Assembly: GCA_001600695.1 (NCBI GenBank)
Contig: BCKQ01000003.1
Coordinates: forward strand, 652,003 to 716,002
Length of the DNA: 64,000 bases
Direction of reading: 5' to 3'
DNA from: Ascoidea asiatica JCM 7603
Taxonomy: Eukaryota > Fungi > Ascomycota
Below are positions 23,246 through 34,833 of the stretch, piece by piece. The translations under genes were made by a program, and so were the position numbers. A model generated the notes under the pieces. It made no database searches. It was given only the letters and a program-made list of their open reading frames with translations, and had not been told where the DNA came from. Each line of letters opens with the position of its first letter. The first letter of the stretch is position 1.

Positions 23246-26200
23246 TGAATGAAATGAATATTAAAGAATAAGTATCAAAATAAATGTGCTCCTCATATAG
23301 TTTATTGATTTTTCTATTTGATTGAAAAATTAGTTCGATTTCTATCTTTACTAAATCTTAAAATACATTATACTTATTTCAAAAAAAGAAAACATTCAAA
23401 TTGATAATTTTTAAATAACGTTACCTTTTTTTCAATGGACAATCATTTAATTGTTTATCAGCCATCGAAGACAGAATTTGAAGTGGATAAGAAAAGAAAA
23501 CACGGAAAAGAAATCCACAAAACTGGGTTCAAACTACAGAACTAGGGCTCTAAACAATAAAAAGGTCCCGTTGCCCCTTGAATAAAAATGGGAATTAAAG
23601 CAAAATTATGGGTTCTGTTTAAAAGACCCCAAAAACATCAACGGTTCAGTTAGGTATTGAGCGCGCAATATCCAAATTCAAATCACGTGTTATTTTTATT
23701 ACAAATTCTAAATTTCCTAAAATAATTGCACATATTGTTACGGCTGCTGTACAGCTATCTACATCATGAAGTTGTTTTTTATAATATTTGATTTACTGAA
23801 ATAGGAAACTAATAAGGTTGTTTTAAGTGTATACAGACATTCATTTTTTTTTTGTTCGTTAGTGTAGGATTTCTGTTTTACTGTTCGTTAATATTGAAAT
23901 AAATATGCATTTTGATGTGTAAGTACAGTAAGATGGTGACTCGGAAAAAAGTACTGCTACCAAAATATGGTTCCAACTAGTTGCTCTTCACGACCTCTTG
24001 AGGTGAAATTTGTTTTTACGAAGTGCATTAGATCTGGAGCTTGCAGATGAACCTTAAACATGGTAAAGTCCGTACCGTCTCTGAGTTTTCCTACTCAGAA
24101 GTACAGCGTTACGCGTCGGGTAGACGGCAGAGGGACCCGGAAGAGGGCCAGTGTCTAGCTGCCTGCTGCAGGTGGCATTGGAATTTGGAATGGAGTCATT
24201 ACCAGGTTGTTTTGGGTAATTTTGGCTGAGATGTAGTTTTGTAACTGGATGTAATTCAGATAGTTTGTTAGAGTGTTAGATTGTTAGTCTGTTGAGTGGA
24301 ATGAAAGCCTTTTCAGATGAAAATCACACTGATTATTTGCTTCTGAAAATTGTTTCGCCTTTTGATCTTATGATGATGCTGAATGATTTACGTTTTTGGT
24401 GACAAAAAGAAAAGGAAATAAATCTTGTGAATTATAATAAAACAAAATATATTATTGAATATTGTGATTTCTTTTACCGGAATGGCAAATGGTGAGGATA
24501 ATCATTTAATTGATAATCTCTTTCATATCAGCTCAGAAAGTACATCTAGTAGATTAAAGAACCGTATAGAAATGAAAGTATTAGAGAATATTGACAAGGT
24601 TAAACATTCCATTACGAAAAAATAATCCATTAGAGTAATTAACCAGTTTTATATATTGGTTGTTTGGTTTTATATGGTATTTATAAAATGTTATTTTCTT
24701 AAATTATCTAAATTGATGAAAAATTGTAGTTTATTGTTATTCTGGGGAAGATTGAATTGAAAAATGTTTGTTTTTAAACAAATTTTTAATTTTATCTTTA
24801 ATGGCATGATGTTTTCGTTCAGTCGAAGTGATGATATACTCCTAATACTCCTACAATTCTCTAGAATTATCTCTCATTCGCTTTCATATATAATAATAAT
24901 ATTATTATTATTACTAATAGTAGTTTTATGTTTCATTAATTTTAGTAGAATAATTGAGCTTGTTTCTCATATTAATTTTGTGAGACTTGGGAAAAAATTA
25001 AGTCTGAAATAAAAAAAAAAAAAAATGGAAACTATTTTTTTCACTTTACGAAAATTTACAAAATTTCATATAGATTATTTTATTATTTTATACTAAAAGT
25101 AAAAATATCAATCAAATTTCAGATAAATAAATCTACTAAATAATCTACTGATTATTTCACTAATTAATTTAAAAGTTGATTCCTTAAAAGAATATTTCAA
25201 ATAAAACTAAAACTAAAATATAAATGAACCCATATTCATTACTTCATACATTATTGTCTTAAATAGAAGTTCAAAAATTTAAAATAATGTTACTCAAATA
25301 GAAATTCACTTGAATTATAACCATACAAATTTAAATATTTTTTGGTAAGCTTAAATATTTTTGAAAATTTATTACTAATATAGCTTTATGTAATAATTTT
25401 TTCATATTCTCGTTATATCTTGAACGTTAATCATTGAGTTTCAATAAGTTTTATTATTAAAAACAAAAAATCTTTTTTTTTTTTAATATCACTACGGTAT
25501 ATATTTGTAATAATATTAATTATTAATGAGATTGATTCAGTTCATTTGAAACTGATAATATTACTCAAATCAGAAATCAAATTGTTTTGTTTTATGTTTA
25601 ATATTCTAACATTATTCGTATTGTATCAAACCGGATTGTATTGATAATTATTGTACATTAATTTACACTGAAAACCATTACTAACTGAATTAAATATTCA
25701 ATTATTAACCAAAAATTCAAGAATTCAAGAATTAGAGATCTAGAAAATAAAAAATATAATTATAATTTTATTGAAAAAAGTATTATCACGAGTAAGAATT
25801 TGAATATTGTTCATATAAAATAAGTAAAAATTAAATTTACTACTCTGGTAAGATATTTCTAAATGTGTCAGAGAAAATTAATAATAAATGTACTTTATTT
25901 TCGTAAATATTCATTTTAATTGCATTCCATTTCATCTCAGTTGAAATGAAGTGAACTTGACTTCTTTTACAAAGCCTACAGTATACTCTTTTCAATAAAA
26001 CATCCAGACTACAGGAATTTATATGAAACTTATTCATTATTAATGTATTTTTTTGTATTAATCTATATAGGTGTTAAAAAGAATAAGGAATAAATAGGGA
26101 AATAAATTCTTCAAAAGATTAAAAATGAGGTATTTTTCAAAAAAAAAAAAAAAAAAAAATTGTTAAATCATTAACTTTTATAAAAAAAGCAAAATTATAT

Positions 26201-26486
26201 GAAAAGACTAACACTAACTAGTAAATTAAGAGAAAAACTGAAAAAAAAACTAAAGATTGAAATAAAAAGAAATAGTACAACACACAAGTTACTCACTCAC
26301 TCACTTAGTAACTTTTGAATAAAAAAATCATAACACACAAATGATAAAAAAAAAAAAGTAGATAGAATTATATATATGTATAGATATAAAGATAAAATAG
26401 AAATTAAAATTAGACACTTGTCATTAAATAAAATACACTTATTATTATTAGAAAACAGAAATATTCATTATATTTATTTTTGTTTT

Positions 26487-27662
26487 TCATAAGCTATTTT
26501 CCAATTTTGAAATTTTTTGAAAAGTAATTTCCAATTCATTATTAAATTTAGCTTCCAAAATATTTATTTCATATAAAAATTTTTGAAAATTATAATCATT
26601 ATTCTTGAAATAAGATTGATATTGATCTAAAATAATTTGGTTTTGGTTTTGATTTTGATTTTGAATATAGTTGTTATTAGTATTAATTGAAGCAGTGGTA
26701 GTATTAAATTGATTAATTATTGGACTTGAGTTTTGATTTAAAGATTGATTAAAATTTTTATTAAATTTTAATTTACTTTTTGGAGATTTTTTATTCATTT
26801 TTTTAAATAATTTAGATTCTTTCTTTCTTGATTGTGATCTAGAGGTTTTTGTAGTTTTTGAGGTCTTTAAAACTTTGGAAATTCTATTATTATTAATTTT
26901 ATTACTATTGTTATTAATGATACTACCGCTATTATTATTACCAGTGATATTATTATTAATATTATTTGTTATAGAACTTGAAGATTTCAAGATTGGAATT
27001 TGAGGAGAAATAGGTTTTGAAATTTTTTTAGTTTTATTAATATTAATACTTAAATTTGAGTTATTAATTCTATTAAATTGTGATCTAGGTTTAACTTGAA
27101 CTTGTTGTATTTGATGAATCTGATTATTTTGTTGTTGAATTTGTTGTTGTTGCTGTTGAAAAAGGTATTGTTCCATTTGAGGAGATTGAAATTGGGAAAC
27201 AGGTACATATCTATTTTGAACACTATCATAAGACATTGGAGGACTTGGAATTGAAGTTGAATTTATATTATTATTAGTTAAATTGTTATTAATATTATTT
27301 TGTAAATTTAAAGATTGAGAAGGATATATATTCATTTTATATTGAGAGATTGGAGAAGTTGAAGAAGAATTTGTTAATGGAGTATATCTTCCATTTATAC
27401 TTGAATATTTATTAGAATTATTAGATATTATATTACTGTTATTGATTATATTAGTACTCATATTCATATTGTTATTCATATTTACATTACTATTCAGATT
27501 CACATTCATATTATTGTTCATGTTCATGTTCATGTTCATTATAGTATTACTATTGCTATTATTACTACTATAGTTATAATTATTAATACTGTTATTGATC
27601 ATATTTTGTTTATTATTTGAATAAACTGGTGATGAGGTTTTGATATAATTTGTTTGATACAT
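26487..27662 (-). CDS. N/Q-rich disordered protein with a basic patch and short helical C-terminus; function unknown
   Basis: 391-aa ATG ORF with a TATA-like element about 140 nt upstream, many SP/TP sites and PSPPMS. No recognised domain. Confidence 0.75.
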   Translation of the reverse strand: MYQTNYIKTSSPVYSNNKQNMINNSINNYNYSSNNSNSNTIMNMNMNMNNNMNVNLNSNVNMNNNMNMSTNIINNSNIISNNSNKYSSINGRYTPLTNSSSTSPISQYKMNIYPSQSLNLQNNINNNLTNNNINSTSIPSPPMSYDSVQNRYVPVSQFQSPQMEQYLFQQQQQQIQQQNNQIHQIQQVQVKPRSQFNRINNSNLSININKTKKISKPISPQIPILKSSSSITNNINNNITGNNNSGSIINNNSNKINNNRISKVLKTSKTTKTSRSQSRKKESKLFKKMNKKSPKSKLKFNKNFNQSLNQNSSPIINQFNTTTASINTNNNYIQNQNQNQNQIILDQYQSYFKNNDYNFQKFLYEINILEAKFNNELEITFQKISKLENSL

Positions 27663-27910
27663 ATTATTGAGGTAAGAATTTATTTAATCTTATTAAAGAG
27701 TTTGAGATTATTTTATTTTCTAAAGTTATTTTTAATTTCAAATTTCCTTTATCAAAGAAATCAGGAAAATAAAAAACCAAAAAAAACAGCAAAATCAAAA
27801 GGCTTTATATATATTAGTTTATTTGATTAGATTTACAAATAAATATATAAAATACAAATTTAAATCTAAATAAGAGGAAAAAGTTATTAATAATCGTCCC
27901 GCCTCATAAG

Positions 27911-27950
27911 TAATTAATTGCTAATTAATTGCTAATTAATTGTTAATTAA
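27911..27950. repeat. Tandem 11-mer TAATTAATTGC/T (about 3.5 copies)
   Basis: taattaattgc taattaattgc taattaattgt taattaa is directly visible. Confidence 0.8.
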
Positions 27951-30900
27951 TAACAAATTTAAGAATACACCAAAATTTAATTATGAATAGTTCAATTTAA
28001 GCTCAGAAAAATAAAATTATTAAAAATGATTAAAATATTTTAAACTACGAATTTAGTTCTCAGTTCGTACTGAAAATGCTTTTATCCCAACTTAAATTCC
28101 ATGAAACTTTGTAAAACTTTAGATTTGCCAGTACTGTTATTAATCACCGTAGTTAATTAATTAATTATTTAATTAATCAGTTAATTTATTAATTAATTGT
28201 AATTTTAGTTAATTAGTGTTTGTACTAATTAGTAAACACTAATTTATAAATTACTACTATCGGCAATACTAACTGGCTTTTAATTAGCTCATGGTAAATT
28301 AAGTTGGTCAATTAAGTTTGTTTTTACTTTTTCTTTTTTCATATTTTTTTTGAATTTGCAAATGTTTTTGCAATAATAGTTAACTTTAAAATTGTATACA
28401 AGGAAAATCAAAAGAAAAAAAAAATGAAAGGAAAAAAAAGGAAAAAAAAGGAAAAGAAAAGGAATGAGAATGAAAATGAAATTAAAAAAAAAAAAAAAAA
28501 AAAAAGGAAGGAAGGAAGGGTACACGTATTATATATATCCGTGTAAACAGTATGGGCAATAAATGCATTTATTAGAAATTTCCTAAGTTAACGTATCTTT
28601 TTCATTATCTTTTTTTAACCTGAATCATTAATTAATTAGTTAATTAATTGATTAATTAATATTTGAATAACAAAATAGGTCCATTACCATATTATTAACC
28701 TACCATTTTAAAACATTACCACATTTAAAAAGTCACTTTTGAAGAAATAGACGAAGATACAAAATTACAAGGTACAAAAAATATAAGAGTACTATAAATG
28801 GTAATCAATTCATAGATTTATTAATAATTATTACAATATGGTAGTGATATTTCTAATTAAACTAATTAAATTAAAAAACAATTAATTAATAAATAATTAA
28901 TTAATAATAATATATTAATTAATAGGAAGAATTATTAATTTCATTTCGAATCTTAATCAATCAGGTTACAAAATTTAATTTAAGGTTCTCTTAAAGTTAG
29001 GTTAAATCTAACTTAAATCAAATCAATTGAACTTAATTAAAATTTATTTTACATTAATTTCGTGATTAGGAATGATATTTTGATTTGTAAGTTACTGTAG
29101 AGTTGTAAAGTGCTGTAGTTTATATGTTAAAACTGCTAACATTTTACCATTAGTGAATATTTTTCTAGGATACACTCTGTGTTTCGGTGTAGTACTCGGT
29201 ACAGTAATTAGAAAAGTATTCACTAGACTGACTGCTCACCATAATTTAAAAATATTCACTAAGAAATTTTTATAATTCGGCTCTTGTTAACATCTGCCGA
29301 GTCAAGTATGGTATACTTTTAGAATTAAAAGTTAAGAAAATGTGAATTTAATTTAATAAAATGCAAAATTAACAAAATGTGAATTTAAGCTTAACAAAAA
29401 AAAGAAAAAATTCAGAAAAAAAAAGTCATTAACATTTATGTTTTTAAACAAAAAAATAGTTACAGAGAACGTACAGTAACAAGTTTTAAATATATTAATA
29501 AACCACAAGTTTAAATATTTATTCTTTCCAAAAAATTGCATAGAAAACATTGAATAAACACTGTTGGCGAAAAAATTTGAGGAATAAACTAAAACCAGTT
29601 CTTATCTCGTTTATAAATTAGAATTTATTTGAATCTTTTTGCTATATCAGCTTTATATATATTTGAAATTTAGTGAATATTAATCTAATATTGTGATAAT
29701 TGTAAGGATTGTTGAATTCTCAATATTAGCCCCAATAGCCCCAATAGATCAATAATCATATGAGAATCTTGAAAATATAAAGAATCCTAACGTTGGACAA
29801 AATTACGTAAGAAAACAATATCTGAAACTATGTGAAATTGATTGATTTACTCCTGAATACAGGGTTTATACATAGATTGTGCTTAGAGTACTAACCCTGT
29901 ACTGTAAAATACTGCTGAAAACTACGCTGTTGCTGTAGAGTTTTTTATTACTGTAATAATGTTACTATTGATATCAACGCTATTTGTAATTATTTTTAAC
30001 GTTAACACAACATTGCCCAAGTAATATGAGGCGTAAATTATTGAATTTATTGAAATACGTACAGAAAAGTAACGTTACTGCGAGAAATTTTGAACTGCAA
30101 AGAATTTGAAAACTTGAAAAATGTAAAAGAACAACGAATTGTGGAAATTTTGAAAAAAAAGGTTAAATTGAAAGTTAAATAGAATGTTTAATAAAACTTA
30201 AATTCAAATCATAATTTGAAATCATTTTTTGAATCAATAAAGTCAAGATTAAAATAAAAATAAAAATAAAAATACAAATACAAATTTGTATAAATTTTGT
30301 AAAATTACAAATTTACAAAATTATAGCAACAATTTCATCAATCAACATACTCGAAGGGATTTTGTAATTGCTGTTTTAAAACTCCCCAATAAAAATATAT
30401 TTTATTAATAGACCTTATTGTAGTTACCCTGTGAAAAGGCCTCACCAAATCTCTCATCTGAAAATGCACTGTTTTTGTTTGTTTTGTGGATCATCTTTTG
30501 TTTTTGTGGTATCCGCGGAATCCGTGGTGTCCGCTGAGGATTAGTATGTGTGGTTGCACGCGGAAAGACTGTGCCCCTGTGCTACGGAATTTTAAACAAT
30601 TTCCAGGCAATTCTCAGGCTTTGATTAAAGTTTTCTGGTCACTAATACGAAAAATATTACAAATACTAAAAATATTAAAAATATTAAAAACAAACAGCAG
30701 TTTTGAATAGTTTTTGAAGACTCTTCAAAGACCTCAGAGACTTCAAAAAGACTTCAAAGAGACTTTAGAGAGACTTCAAAAATGTATATCAAACTCCCGA
30801 GAGAGAGCTCTGTTTAACTCTAACATAACGATTGATTCGTAATTCTGATAGTATTATTTCAATCGATTGACACTAATTTAGATTCATTTGATATCACTTT

Positions 30901-31884
30901 TTAAATATAACAACTTATCAATGAAAGTGATAACAAATTAATTAACAATTCAGATTAAAATCAAACTAAGAAAAAATAATAATAAATATTATTCAATAAA
31001 CATCAAAGCTTATTAACTTACACTAATCAATAATTATTATTTGATGTTTATAGATCTAATTCACTACGTAACTATTCCAAACGTGCTAATTCTATTATCT
31101 TGAATACAACAGTTTCATTACTAGTACTGTTATGTATTAAATACAATAAATAATAATTCAACAACACAATTCACCAAGACAAATTTATCAAAAGAATTTG
31201 GAAGAACAATTTTTGGTGACAGTGAAATTGAAAATCATGTCCCAAAAACTGTCCAATAACCTAAAATGGAATTTCTTTTATTATTAAACTACAGAATTCT
31301 TTATCGTGGAACAAAATTGGTTAATTTTTTTTTTCTACGGTCAATAAAAATAGTACTTTTCTTCAAAGTGTTTGATTATTTTTTTAGTAAAGGTACATCT
31401 ACAAAAATAACACTCTTACAAAAATTTGAAAAGGTAAATCATGAAAATAAAATAAATATTTTTTTGACTTTTTAATATATTTAAGTATTCATGTACACAA
31501 AAAATATATACGAAGAGATGTGCTTTAAGGTATGCACTGCGACTGAAGTAGTGCACATACTTTACAGTACTTGTAAGCACGTTTACTTAACAAAATTCTT
31601 AAATGGGTAATTTTGATTATCTAGAACGTGACCAATCCGGAAAATATTCCCAAAACGGGAATATGAAATAATATTTAAAAATTTTAAATTTATGAAGCAA
31701 TAAATTATATTATTGAATTATTTTTATATTTCTTTCTATTTCTATTTTTATTTCTATTTTCATTTATATTTTCATTTATATTTACAATTGATTACATTCA
31801 TATTTGAATTATAACTTAAATTTTCATTACATTTCTATAAGTAATTCTATTTGTATTTATAAGTAATTATATTTCTATTTATAA

Positions 31885-33288
31885 TTACATTTTTGGACCA
31901 ATCATTTTTTCAGGTTTTACCCATTCATCAAATTCTTCTTCACTTAAATAACCTAATTCTAATACAGATTCTTTTAAAGTTAAACCTTTTTTATGAGCAT
32001 TTTTTGCAACTTTTGAAGCTTTATCATAACCAATTTTAGGATTTAAAGCTGTAACTAACATTAAAGAATCATTTAAAGATTTATTAATTTTTTTTTCATT
32101 TGCTTTTATACCATTAATACAATGTATTCTAAAAGATTTACAACCATCTGTTAATAATTTAATTGAATTTAATAAATTAAATATCATCACAGGTTTAAAA
32201 ACATTTAATTCAAATTGTCCAGAAGCTCCTGCAAATGTAATTGTTTGATTATTACCAAAAACTTGTGTACAAATCATTGTTAAAGCTTCATTTTGTGTTG
32301 GATTAACTTTACCTGGCATAATTGAAGAACCTGGTTCATTTTCAGGTAATGATAATTCTCCATAACCACATCTTGGTCCAGAACCTAAATATCTTATATC
32401 TTGAGCAATTTTAAATAATGATACAGCTAAAGTATTTAATGCACCACTTGATTCAACAATTGCATCATGAGCTGCTAATGCTTCAAATTTATTTGGTGCT
32501 GCTAAAAATTCAATATTTGTTAATCTTGAAATTTCTTTTGCAATATCTTTATCCCAACCAATTTTTGTATTTAAACCTGTACCAACAGCTGTACCACCTT
32601 GAGCTAAAAATTTTAAATGATATAAAGTATTTTCAATTCTTAAAATACCATTTGAAATTTGTTGAACATAACCAGAAAATTCTTGACCTAAAGTTAATGG
32701 AGTTGCATCTTGTAAATGAGTTCTACCAATTTTTATAATATTTTTAAATTCTTCACTTTTTTTATTTAAAGAATCTTTTAATAAAATTAATTCAGGTAAT
32801 AAATTTTGAGTAATTTCTAAAACAGCAGAAATATGCATTACAGTTGGAAATGTATCATTTGAAGATTGTGACATATTAACATGATCATTTGGATGTACAG
32901 GTTTTTTACTACCTTTAATACCACCAAGAATTTCAATAGCTCTATTTGAAATAACTTCATTTGCATTCATATTTGATTGAGTACCAGAACCAGTTTGATA
33001 AACAACCAATGGAAAATGGTCTGTTAATTTATTATTTATAATTTCATCAGAAGCTAATTTTATTGAATTTGAAATTATTGGATCTAAATTACCATAATTT
33101 TCATTAATTTGTGCACAAGCTTTTTTTAAAATTCCAAATGATTTAATTATTGGAAATGGCATTCTTGAATGTGGTTGATCAATATTAAAATTTAATAAAG
33201 AACGTTGAGTTTGTGCACCCCAATATTTAGAATCATCAACTTCAATTTCACCAAATGCATCAGTTTCTATTCTTGTTTTTATACTCAT
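31885..33288 (-). CDS. FUM1: Class II fumarate hydratase without an N-terminal mitochondrial presequence
   Basis: [31 protein letters not shown] and [13 protein letters not shown]. An in-frame TAA lies four codons upstream of the ATG. Confidence 0.95.
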   Translation of the reverse strand: MSIKTRIETDAFGEIEVDDSKYWGAQTQRSLLNFNIDQPHSRMPFPIIKSFGILKKACAQINENYGNLDPIISNSIKLASDEIINNKLTDHFPLVVYQTGSGTQSNMNANEVISNRAIEILGGIKGSKKPVHPNDHVNMSQSSNDTFPTVMHISAVLEITQNLLPELILLKDSLNKKSEEFKNIIKIGRTHLQDATPLTLGQEFSGYVQQISNGILRIENTLYHLKFLAQGGTAVGTGLNTKIGWDKDIAKEISRLTNIEFLAAPNKFEALAAHDAIVESSGALNTLAVSLFKIAQDIRYLGSGPRCGYGELSLPENEPGSSIMPGKVNPTQNEALTMICTQVFGNNQTITFAGASGQFELNVFKPVMIFNLLNSIKLLTDGCKSFRIHCINGIKANEKKINKSLNDSLMLVTALNPKIGYDKASKVAKNAHKKGLTLKESVLELGYLSEEEFDEWVKPEKMIGPKM

Positions 33289-34833
33289 TTTTATTAATTA
33301 ATTTATTTGGTTAATTTATTTATTTAGTTGATTTGGTTTTTTTTATTGTATTTGTATCAATGTTACACTACAATTATGAAAAACAATGAAAAAAAAAGGG
33401 AAAAAAAGAGAGGATTTTATAAAATATGATAATTAATTATATAACCTGATGGTTTAAAAATGTTTAAATAATAAAATGGTGGAGAATTAATAACCTTTTA
33501 AAGAACTTGTCAAAGTAAAAGATTAAACAAAGTAAAGTAAATAAATATTAAAGTTATGAAATTAGCCATTGAGAAAAGAACCATTGAAATTAAAATAAAA
33601 AGATGAAAATAAACAAGAATATTTTCGGGTTCAGGCTCCAGTTGATTTCGGGAATGAATTGAAATAAAAAACGGTCATGAAAACAATAATCTCGGTACAC
33701 TTGTTTCTGGTCCGCAGCTGTTGACAGATGTGGAGGCAAAATGATTGGTGGGCAGGCAAAGAAAAGAGACCCTTTCAGGCAGAAATAGGTAATAGTCTGT
33801 GGTACTAAGCTACACAAGATTGGGTAAGGTATGGGCCAGCGGATCCCGGGAATAAATAAAAAATGTGGTAAGACCCACTGATCTGGAAATGGGATTTATA
33901 CTTTAATGTGCGGCTAAAAGCATTGAATCCATACCAGTGGAAAATATTTATTTTTAGATCCGTATTTGGTAAGGTGTTACGTAAGCCATGCATTTCCGAA
34001 ATCAGGTTTTAAAAATAAATTTAATTTTTACGGACGTAAAGGAAATTGTTACGGATTGGCATAAAACCAGCAAGGCGGTGCAGATTCTGGTCAGAAACAG
34101 AAATATGTGGCAGTGGCGAGGCGGTGGTACCGCAGCCGCGGTAAAGATACAGTTTCTTGGTAAGCTGATTTTTATTTTATTCCATAACTCCACTGAATAA
34201 TCATAATCATAATCATAACATTAATTTAAGTGGTTTGGAAATTTATTTTTTTTATAACCTTATGAAATTCAGTCCAAACAAAATCGAGATAATTGAAAAT
34301 AATTATAAAAATTGAGATAAATGAGCAGATGAAAAGATTAAATAATAAGAAAATGAATAGAAAGACAACATATCACATCTTTGGAAGATGACTTCTGTAT
34401 TTCTATGGGCATATTACTGGATTCCAATACACAATCATGATACTTTTTTTATTTTAAACTTATCTCTCCATTATTTTTAGGGCTCATAATAACAATTAAT
34501 TAAACAAAAATTGATGATTATTGATTAATGATTATTGATTATTGAATAATGATATGTTGATACTGTAAATAATTGAAAATTAATGTGACCTGAGTTTGGG
34601 TTCCTTAAATTTTAGAATCACCTTAATTAACTTTATTATTCGCTAATAAAATTGTTTATTTATTTATATTTATGTTTATATAAATATTTGTACATATATT
34701 TATTCAACTGATTTCTCTTAATTATCAACTATCAATTATCAATTATCAATTATATATACCCAATTATTCAATCATTCAACTAATTCTTATTAAATATCAA
34801 CAAAAAAATATAGACAAATTATTATTAATCAAA

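Noticed and set aside
23524-23540. GGTTCAAAC B-box-like motif suggesting a tRNA
   Set aside because: No cloverleaf or A-box around it; I found no tRNA gene in the window.
23682-23760. ATCACGTG followed by AT-rich DNA as a point centromere (CDEI-CDEII)
   Set aside because: No CDEIII consensus follows, and Cbf1 sites are common in promoters here.
25345-25383. GTAAGC...TACTAAT.TAG mini-intron
   Set aside because: Only 39 nt, with a weak donor and no flanking ORF.
27800-30350. Long 5'UTR intron for the N-rich gene from a minus-strand GTATGT near 30350
   Set aside because: A lone 6-mer is expected by chance; there is no clear branch/acceptor pair, and a TATA-like element lies close to the ATG.
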